This document shows positions 57,677 through 64,000 of a DNA stretch of 64,000 nt, one piece after another. The first letter of the stretch is position 1, and each line of letters starts with the position of its first letter. The stretch is taken from positions 3,248 through 67,247 of the forward strand of contig JAFXZO010000082.1 in assembly GCA_017541205.1 (NCBI GenBank), given 5' to 3'. Below the pieces are notes generated by a model. It did not search any database. It was given only the letters and a program-made list of their open reading frames with translations, and had not been told where the DNA came from. The position numbers and the translations under genes were made by a program. This stretch comes from Clostridia bacterium. Its GTDB lineage: Bacteria > Bacillota > Clostridia > Christensenellales > Aristaeellaceae.

Positions 57677-58423
57677 ATGCAGGTGATGCAGCAGTTATCG
57701 TCTCCGGTCATTTACCTGATCTGCGGCGGCATCGTGGCCTTTGTGGCTGCGGTGTGCGTGGTGTTCGCCGTCCGCGCCTGGCGGGCGGGCAAGGCCATCG
57801 GCATGGACACGGCGGTGCTCCGGCGCGTGGTCACGTCTTCCGCGTCGTTTTCCGTGCTGCCGGCAGTGGCTATCCTGCTGGGCGTTATCGCCCTGTCCGG
57901 CTCGCTGGGCATCCCGTGGCCATGGCTGCGGCTCAGCGTCATCGGCGCGCTGCACTATGAAACCCAGGTGGCCCAGGGCGCGGCGGAGCAGGTGGGCATT
58001 CACCTCTCCGGCAGCGAAATGACCGCGTCGGCCTTTGCCACCATCGCGCTGCTCATGTCCGTGTGCATCATGTGGGGCATGATCCTGAACCTGTTCCTCA
58101 ACAAAAAGTACACCAACCGCCTTTCGCGGAATGCCGGAAAATCCGGCCCTTCCTTCGGCGACCAGGCCATGTCCGCCATGTTCATCGGGCTGGTCAGCGT
58201 GTATATGGGCTCCTATCTCGGGCAGTGGATTTCCGGGAACGGGCGGTTCGCCTTCGCGGGCAGCCCCCTGCCGCTGCTCACCTCCCTGTGCGCCGCCGCG
58301 GTGATGGCGGGGCTGACCTGGATCGCGGAAAAGAAGCAGCTCAAATGGCTGGAGGATTTCTCCCTGGCCATTGCCATGCTGGCCGGGATGGCCTGCGCGG
58401 TGCTGCTGAACGCCGTGATGTGA
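57677..58423 (+). CDS. Multi-pass membrane protein (DUF5058-like, tentative)
   Basis: Start at MQVMQQLSSPVIYL (GGGAGGG RBS). About six hydrophobic helices. Confidence 0.6.
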   Translation: MQVMQQLSSPVIYLICGGIVAFVAAVCVVFAVRAWRAGKAIGMDTAVLRRVVTSSASFSVLPAVAILLGVIALSGSLGIPWPWLRLSVIGALHYETQVAQGAAEQVGIHLSGSEMTASAFATIALLMSVCIMWGMILNLFLNKKYTNRLSRNAGKSGPSFGDQAMSAMFIGLVSVYMGSYLGQWISGNGRFAFAGSPLPLLTSLCAAAVMAGLTWIAEKKQLKWLEDFSLAIAMLAGMACAVLLNAVM

Positions 58424-58436
58424 GAGGAGGATCGCC

Positions 58437-59111
58437 ATGAACAGAGAAGATATGATCGCCCGCTACGAGCGCGGTACCCATCGCATCGGCAAAATCGTTT
58501 CTTTGGTCACACTGATCCTGCTGATCGGCGCGCCGTTCCTGATCGGCTCAGTGCTGGGCGCGATGCCGGACCTGCCCGCCGTGGCCCGGGGCTTCCTGGC
58601 CGTGGGGCTGGTGTGGACGGCCTCCTCCGTAGTGGAATTTCTGGTGTACACCCCCATGCTGGGCTCCGGCGGCAGCTATCTGGCCTTTATCACCGGAAAC
58701 CTGATTAATATGAAGATCCCCTGCGCCATCAACGCCAGGGATCTGGCCGGGGTGAAGGCCGGAACCAAGGAAAACGAGATCGTGTCCACCCTTTCCATCG
58801 CCGTTTCGTCCCTGGTGACCATCCTGGTGCTGGCCCTGGGCGTGCTGCTTTTGCAGCCCTTGCAGCCCATCCTGCAAAGTCCTGCCCTGCAGCCGGCCTT
58901 TGACCAGGTGGTGCCCGCGCTGTTCGGGGCCATGGCCTACAAGTATTACCGCAAGAACCTGAAGCTGGCCGTCTGGCCGCTGCTGCTGATGAGCGCGGTG
59001 TTTATCCTTTTGCCCTCTCTGCAGAGCCAGACCAGCATCCTCATCATCCCCGGGGGCGGGCTTGCCATCCTGCTGGCCTATCTCAAGTATCGGAAGGAGA
59101 AAAAGCAGTGA
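58437..59111 (+). CDS. Multi-pass membrane protein, function unknown
   Basis: 224 aa with GAGGAGG RBS. The stop overlaps the GTG start of the peptidase gene. Confidence 0.6.
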   Translation: MNREDMIARYERGTHRIGKIVSLVTLILLIGAPFLIGSVLGAMPDLPAVARGFLAVGLVWTASSVVEFLVYTPMLGSGGSYLAFITGNLINMKIPCAINARDLAGVKAGTKENEIVSTLSIAVSSLVTILVLALGVLLLQPLQPILQSPALQPAFDQVVPALFGAMAYKYYRKNLKLAVWPLLLMSAVFILLPSLQSQTSILIIPGGGLAILLAYLKYRKEKKQ

Positions 59112-60538
59112 TCGTTCTTTGGATCGTTCTGGGCATAATTGTTGCGCTGCTTTTGATCGCCCTGGTCCGCGCACTGCTGGCGCCGAAGAAAACGGCGTCG
59201 TATCAGGCGCCGAAAGCGGATCAGCGGGCGGAGGAATACGCGCGGAAGCTCAGCCGCATGGTGGCCTTTGACACGGTGAGCGTGCCGGAAACCAACCAGC
59301 GGGAAAAATTCCTGCCCTTCCATGCATTGCTGGCAGAGCTGTTTCCCTTGGTGCATGAGAAGCTGGAAAAAACGGAAATCGACGGCAATCTGCTGTTTCA
59401 TTGGAAAGGCAAACGGGCCGACCGGCCTCTGGTGCTCATGAGCCATCAGGACGTGGTGCCCGCCGAGGGCGAATGGCTGCACGGCCCGTTTTCGGGAGAC
59501 ATCGCCGATGGGAAGGTCTGGGGCCGCGGCGCGTCCGACACCAAATGCAGCGTGATGGCCTTCTTCCAGGCCGCGGAGGAATTGCTGAAGGAAGGGTATA
59601 TCCCCGAAAACGACGTGTATCTTTCCTCCTCCTGCACGGAGGAATGGGCCGGCGACGGCTGCCCCAAGCTGGTGGAATACCTGGAAAAGCAGGGCGTCCG
59701 CCCCTTCCTGGTGTGCGACGAGGGCGGCGGGATCATCACGGACCCCGTGGGGGGCATCAAGGGCAATTTCGCCATGGTGGGCGTGTTTGAGAAAGGCAAG
59801 GCCGACGTACGCCTGACGGCCAAATCCACGGGCGGCCATGCCAGCGCCCCGGGGAAGCATACGCCGGTGGCCAGGCTATCGGATTTCGTGGGCGAGTTTG
59901 AGCATCATTCGCCCTTCAAGCGCAAAATGTCCCGGGAAGTGCAAGCGCTCTTCGAGCAGCTGGCCCCCTACGCGCCGTTTTACATGAAGCTGCTGTTTTG
60001 CAACATGTGGCTTTTCCGCCCGCTGCTGATCCGCGCCCTGCCCATGATCAGCGCCCAGGCGGGGGCCATGCTGCAAACCACCATCGCATTCACCATGCTT
60101 AAGGGCTCGGACGCCTACAACGTGCTGCCCCAGGAGGCGGTGCTGGGGGCCAACATGCGCTTCATCCCCCACCAGGGCATGGAGCAAAGCCTCGAAATCC
60201 TCCGGCGGATCGCGAAAAAGCATCAGATCGACGCGGAGGTGTTCCACGCCGTGGACGCCTCCCGCAGCGTGGACATTCACGGGGAAGGCTTCTCCCTGGT
60301 GCAGCGCGTGATCGGCCAAACCTTCGCCGGCCTGGAAACCTGCCCCTACGTGATGACCGGCGCAACGGACGCCCGGAATTACGAGCGCATCGCGGAGCAC
60401 GTCGTCCGCTTCGCCCCCGTGATCTACGGCCCGGAGCAAATGAAGGGCATGCACGGCCTGAACGAAAACATCGAATATAACTGCCTCCCCGGCGCGGTGG
60501 ACTTTTATAAGCATCTGATTGCTGCAAATAATGGATGA
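59108..60538 (+). CDS. Membrane-anchored M20-family metallopeptidase/carboxypeptidase
   Basis: GTG start with AAGGAG RBS and an N-terminal TM helix. ..LMSHQDVVP.., ..GRGASDTKC.. and ..CDEGG.. M20 metal-ligand motifs. Confidence 0.85.
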   Translation: MIVLWIVLGIIVALLLIALVRALLAPKKTASYQAPKADQRAEEYARKLSRMVAFDTVSVPETNQREKFLPFHALLAELFPLVHEKLEKTEIDGNLLFHWKGKRADRPLVLMSHQDVVPAEGEWLHGPFSGDIADGKVWGRGASDTKCSVMAFFQAAEELLKEGYIPENDVYLSSSCTEEWAGDGCPKLVEYLEKQGVRPFLVCDEGGGIITDPVGGIKGNFAMVGVFEKGKADVRLTAKSTGGHASAPGKHTPVARLSDFVGEFEHHSPFKRKMSREVQALFEQLAPYAPFYMKLLFCNMWLFRPLLIRALPMISAQAGAMLQTTIAFTMLKGSDAYNVLPQEAVLGANMRFIPHQGMEQSLEILRRIAKKHQIDAEVFHAVDASRSVDIHGEGFSLVQRVIGQTFAGLETCPYVMTGATDARNYERIAEHVVRFAPVIYGPEQMKGMHGLNENIEYNCLPGAVDFYKHLIAANNG

Positions 60539-60620
60539 GGGTTCCGCCACACGATTCGCAATGATATTCAGGTGATGGAGCTGAAAAAGTTGGTGTTTCA
60601 CCAGTCGGATTTTCTAAACT

Positions 60621-61043
60621 TCACTTTTTCATAGTTGCTGTAAAAATATGAATCCCAGAACAGCCATAGGACAGTACCAACTCACCTCTGTCCGCTTCCA
60701 CCCAGAACAGGTATCGGTTCATGGTTTTCGCCAGGTCTTCAAGCTCTGTGCCGAGGGCTTGGAGATCCCGGATCTGCTGAGTGGTCTTTCCGTATCGAGA
60801 GCGGGCTTCCAGCATCGTATAGACGTTTGCGGCCTTCAGCACAGCGCCCGCCATCTCCTTCACCAGCTGAAAACCGCCGTCCGTGTCCTCGAAGAAGAAT
60901 CGCTCCGTGTCCTGGCTGTCCGCGCCGTTTACCATCTGCCGGACAACCTGCGCCTGGATGTTGCCGAACAAGGCGTCCGTCGCAGTCCGCACAGCGAGTC
61001 CGCTGTCGTCCATGTAGCCGTATGAACGAGGCAAATGCGTCAT
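60621..61043 (-). CDS. Hypothetical protein (start uncertain)
   Basis: Open frame in the AT-richer region. No convincing RBS at any of the candidate ATGs and no family recognised. Confidence 0.3.
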   Translation of the reverse strand: MTHLPRSYGYMDDSGLAVRTATDALFGNIQAQVVRQMVNGADSQDTERFFFEDTDGGFQLVKEMAGAVLKAANVYTMLEARSRYGKTTQQIRDLQALGTELEDLAKTMNRYLFWVEADRGELVLSYGCSGIHIFTATMKK

Positions 61044-61113
61044 CGGATGCGCAGAATAGCAAAAGTGTATATTTATTCGCCGTCTATACAACTTTATGTT
61101 ATTTGTAGCTAAC

Positions 61114-61233
61114 TTAGCTGCGGGCATAGACGTAGCCAAACCGCGTCCTGCCCTTCTCCGTTCTGCCGATCACATACCGGCCTTCGTATCGCCCGTCCCG
61201 TCGCTTATAGATGTTTTCTCCTCGCTTCGCCAT
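61114..61233 (-). pseudogene. Remnant of a tyrosine-recombinase (phage-type integrase) N-terminal arm/AP2-like DNA-binding domain (39 codons)
   Basis: A GGGAGG RBS precedes MAKRGENIYKRRDGRYEGRYVIGRTEKGRTRFGYVYARS, followed by TAA. The ..IYKR.DGR.E.RY..G...GK..Y.Y.. pattern is the usual integrase N-terminus. No catalytic domain follows. Confidence 0.55.
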
Positions 61234-61370
61234 GGTTATATCCTCCCTAACTTTTTGACGGCTCATCTGACGGCTCATACGTGCCGCTGCCTGTACGAAA
61301 ATTGTAGAGGGTCAGGGCGAAAAAAGTAAATGACTGTAGGAAAATAAAGGGAATGGAATGGTGGTTTTCG

Positions 61371-61399
61371 TTGACAAGAACCTATATATATGATAAAAT
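61371..61399 (+). promoter_or_regulatory. Near-consensus extended -10 sigma-A promoter upstream of the NusG-paralog gene
   Basis: TTGACA (61371-61376), 17 nt ending in TGa, TAAAAT (61394-61399). Confidence 0.55.
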
Positions 61400-61630
61400 A
61401 CGCCCGTATATCCGACAGGATGTACAATGTTTGGGTGTCCCGAATTCCTATGTTCTTCGCAATCTTTCGGTTATTGCGAAGGGACAGCGAGAGGGTGACA
61501 GCCTTGGCAGAGCGTAAGGGGGCTCCGGCCGGGAATGGGCATACAGGATCGCCGCCGCGGGCAATGAACGGCAGAGACGCTTCGGCGTCGACGTGTGTTG
61601 CGGTGCGGCAGTGGATCAACAGCTGCAAAT

Positions 61631-61674
61631 AAACAGGGGACGCGCGCGGCGATGCCGGCAGCGTCCTGTTTGTG
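61631..61674 (+). terminator. Terminator-like hairpin in the leader upstream of the NusG-paralog gene
   Basis: AAACAGG[GG]ACGC (61631-61643) pairs with GCGTCCTGTTT (61661-61671), followed by GTG. The U tract is partly inside the stem. Confidence 0.35.
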
Positions 61675-61824
61675 CTGGAATGCCCTGCTGTTTCCTTCTC
61701 TCTACAAAAGGCTTTTGGACCCGTTCATGCCATAGCATGGCGGACAGAAAGCCGGTCAAAAACGGTGTTCCGCCGCGCTGCGTGAAGCGCGGATGGCGAA
61801 GCCTTGCCATCGGGAGGAATCATC

Positions 61825-62349
61825 ATGGAGCCATACGTGCGGTGCGCGTTCTGCCTGACGGGCAACGAAAGAAGCGTAGCCCGGAAGATCGAGCAGAAGG
61901 GCCTGGGCCGCGTCCTGATCCCGCAAAAAGTCAAGCCCTTCCGGGTGAACGGCCAATGGATCGACAAAACCGAGCTGCTGATGCCGGGCTACCTGTTCGT
62001 GTTTTCGGACGAAGCGTACCCCTTCTGGACGCTGAAAAAGGTGGACGGCGTGATCCGTGTGCTGACATACGGGGAAAAAGACGAGGAAGGTTACCTGACC
62101 GGCAGCGATCTCGATTTTGCCGCCTGGCTGGAGAGGGAAAACGGCTTAATCGGCAAGCTGGACGCTATCCAAGAGGGTGATTTCGTCCGGATCACCGACG
62201 GCGCCCTGCAGGAAATGCAGGGGAAGGTCATCGCCATGAACCGCCACCGCCATACGGTGCAGGTTGAAGTCACGCTGTTCAACGCCAAACGCACGGTGTG
62301 GCTGGGGTATGAAGTGGTGGAGAAACGGGAAACGGAAAAAGCGGAATGA
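61825..62349 (+). CDS. NusG-family specialised paralog (LoaP/RfaH-like transcription antiterminator)
   Basis: Start at MEPYVRCAF (GGGAGG 7 nt upstream). NGN-like N-domain (..LMPGYLFVFSDE..VDGVIRVL..). C-terminal KOW (GDFVRITDGALQEMQGKVIAMN..VQVEVTLFN). Confidence 0.8.
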   Translation: MEPYVRCAFCLTGNERSVARKIEQKGLGRVLIPQKVKPFRVNGQWIDKTELLMPGYLFVFSDEAYPFWTLKKVDGVIRVLTYGEKDEEGYLTGSDLDFAAWLERENGLIGKLDAIQEGDFVRITDGALQEMQGKVIAMNRHRHTVQVEVTLFNAKRTVWLGYEVVEKRETEKAE

Positions 62350-62717
62350 TGGAAATAAATGTGATCTGTTGGAAGCGTTGCTTCATTGGCAACAAATTCT
62401 TCACTGTCGGAGCGCACAAAAATGACGCCTATTTAGCGGCCTAATGGGGGGATAAACTGTGCAGAATAAACAAAGGTTAGAATTACATCCTCCTGGCAGT
62501 CCGTTTCAGACAGGTTTTTCCTTGTTTTTGGCTCTTTTTTCAAGCCTCTCCCCGACCTCGAACAGGCTAACGATTCATAAGGTTTCATAGTTAGGAGCTT
62601 ATTGACCGAGTTCTCAACTCCCCATATTTTGCCGGTTACAAAGTTTGGAGCTATTCAGACAGCCGGAAGGCTGAAAACTGTAACCGCCGAGATAGTGATT
62701 AACTTGTTAGCGTACCC

Positions 62718-62975
62718 GATAAAGACAGTCAAATGGTAGTGAGAACCTTATTACCATAGTGGGTAGAGACAGTCAAAGGTGGTCAAAACCTTATTGCCAA
62801 AGCGGGTACTAACATTCAAAGGTGGTTAAAACCTTATTACCAATGTAGATAGCGACATTGATAGGTAGTGAGAACCTTATTACGGATGTCGGTAGAAACA
62901 GTTATAGGTGGTTAGAAACTTATTGGTGTAAGAGTTCAGACAGTCAGAGGTAGTGAGAAACTTGGTGCTGCTGGC
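62718..62975 (+). repeat. Six tandem 43-nt direct repeats in the non-coding leader
   Basis: Units at 62718-62761, 62762-62804, 62805-62847, 62848-62890, 62891-62933 and 62934-~62975, with a degenerate copy at ~62687-62717. Conserved blocks are GGTAGAGACAGTCAAAG and GTRGTNARAACCTTATTRCC. Confidence 0.85.
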
Positions 62976-63118
62976 TGTATGTTATAGATAAAGGTTTATT
63001 TATGTTGGTGAGCTTCCTCAAGTGTGCTTTGTCATTACTGGAAGCATGTGTGTTGTTGGTTCCGTGCCTCTACCCTGTGCTCTCCTTTCCAGGGACTGAG
63101 GTATTTTCAGATAGACTC

Positions 63119-63141
63119 GCTGGCGTCTGCCAGCTTTCTTT
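63119..63141 (+). terminator. Terminator-like hairpin 36 nt upstream of the aminotransferase start
   Basis: GCTGGC-gtct-GCCAGC (63119-63134) followed by TTTCTTT. Confidence 0.45.
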
Positions 63142-63176
63142 AGTTGACAGAAACGACAGGCAAGGATGGTTGATTG

Positions 63177-64000
63177 ATGAACAATTTTCTTTCTGATCCA
63201 CGATTTACCGGGATCGAACCTTTCAAGTCCAAAGTATGGCTTTCCTCTCCCACGATGCACGGTGACGAGCAGCGCTGGGTGGATGAGGCTATCCAAACAA
63301 ACTGGGTCTCTACCGTCGGAGAGAATGTCGACACCGTAGAAAAAGAGATGGCTGCCTATATCGGCAGCAAATGTGCCGTGGGTCTGTCCTGCGGCACGGC
63401 TGCGTTACACCTCGCCACCAAACTGGCCGGAGAAAAACTGTACGGTCAGGCGAGACCGAACCAAGGCACCTTGCAGGGTCACCGGGTTTTCTGTTCGGAT
63501 ATGACCTTCGACGCTTCCATCAACCCAGTTGCCTATGAAGATGGCGAGGCAGTTTTTATCGATACAGAACGCGACTCCTGGAACATGGACCCTGTTGCGC
63601 TGGAAAAGGCGTTTGAACTGTATCCCGACGTAAAACTCATTGTAATCGCCCATCTCTATGGCACTCCCGGTAAAATTGACGAGATTAGAGCCATCGCAGA
63701 TAAACACGGCGCCTTGATCGTTGAGGATGCCGCGGAGTCACTGGGCGCCACCTATAAAGGTGTTCAAACTGGCATTTTCGGGGATTACGGGGCTATTTCG
63801 TTTAACGGAAATAAGGTGATCACAGGCTCCGCAGGAGGGCTGTTCATCACCAATTCTCAGGAAGACGCAAACAAAGTCCGCAAGTGGTCCACCCAAAGCC
63901 GCGAAGCAGCCCCGTGGTATCAGCATGAGGAGATTGGCTACAACTATCGCATGAGCAATATTATCGCAGGTATTGTTCGTGGCCAAATCCCTTATTTGGA
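63177..64000 (+). CDS. DegT/DnrJ/EryC1/StrS-family sugar aminotransferase; 3' end lies beyond the window
   Basis: MNNFLSDPRF..LSSPTMHGDEQRWVDEAIQTNWVS..GTAALHLA..VEDAAESLGATYKG..ISFNGNKVITGSAGG (Schiff-base Lys region). Not in the ORF track because no stop is reached. Confidence 0.85.
   Translation, partial: MNNFLSDPRFTGIEPFKSKVWLSSPTMHGDEQRWVDEAIQTNWVSTVGENVDTVEKEMAAYIGSKCAVGLSCGTAALHLATKLAGEKLYGQARPNQGTLQGHRVFCSDMTFDASINPVAYEDGEAVFIDTERDSWNMDPVALEKAFELYPDVKLIVIAHLYGTPGKIDEIRAIADKHGALIVEDAAESLGATYKGVQTGIFGDYGAISFNGNKVITGSAGGLFITNSQEDANKVRKWSTQSREAAPWYQHEEIGYNYRMSNIIAGIVRGQIPYL

Noticed and set aside
60621-61139. The 172-aa ORF as the frameshifted continuation of the integrase remnant
   Set aside because: Its sequence shows none of the core-binding or catalytic (R..HxxR..Y) features of tyrosine recombinases. 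It is kept only as a low-confidence hypothetical CDS.
61593-62180. 195-aa plus-strand ORF overlapping the NusG-paralog gene in another frame
   Set aside because: The translation is Arg/Pro/Gly-rich with no RBS. The overlapping frame (61825-62349) has clear NGN and KOW features and a GGGAGG RBS.
62687-62975. The tandem repeat array as a CRISPR array
   Set aside because: The units abut each other with no unique spacers. The copies are diverged rather than identical. The period is 43 nt in total. No cas genes or leader are in view.
63002-63196. 64-aa ORF just upstream of and overlapping the aminotransferase start
   Set aside because: It has no RBS, is hydrophobic and Cys/Leu-rich with no family resemblance, and spans the terminator-like hairpin. 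It is more likely part of the non-coding leader.

Overview
By eye this window is GC-rich, except for a clearly AT-richer last ~3.4 kb. It looks like chromosomal DNA from a Gram-positive, spore-forming Clostridia-type bacterium: GGAGG-type ribosome-binding sites, two alpha/beta-type SASP genes and a T-box leader. No taxon can be confirmed without a database search. Most of the window is transport and catabolism.

Gene content in order:
- The tail of a sugar ABC importer (1-3889).
- A livJHMGF-type branched-chain amino-acid importer (4006-8852, minus strand).
- metF plus a TIM-barrel isomerase.
- A P-II-like protein with a cation:proton antiporter.
- A LacI-headed locus (14059-25955). It has LplABC-type ABC transporter genes (the binding-protein gene carries an in-frame TGA), a HAD phosphatase, two ADP-ribosylglycohydrolase-family genes, an esterase, a ribokinase and an AtuA/DUF4387 pair.
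- A GH38 alpha-mannosidase.
- An architecturally expanded Opp-type ABC system (31377-39891).
- hpf, cca and rnz.
- A beta-helix / TIM-barrel / Gfo-Idh-MocA operon.
- A COG2984-type ABC importer behind a Trp-specific T-box.
- A membrane-protein plus M20 peptidase operon.

Most unusual region: the AT-rich end (60.5-64 kb) holds an integrase remnant and a strong promoter with a structured leader. These are followed by a NusG-paralog (LoaP/RfaH-like) gene and an ~830-nt non-coding leader. That leader contains six tandem 43-nt repeats with ops-like GGTAG motifs and a terminator-like hairpin, and it sits just upstream of a DegT-family aminotransferase that opens a polysaccharide-type locus.

Other non-coding signals:
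- A dispersed repeat family built from 'mini-hairpin + ATATCGA' units (two copies).
- A 161-nt long hairpin element.
- A structured element between the two SASP genes.

No rRNA, tRNA or CRISPR array was seen. Many long ORFs in the supplied track are GC-driven antisense shadows and are not reported. Where a start differs from the ORF track, it was moved to the first start codon with a credible Shine-Dalgarno sequence.
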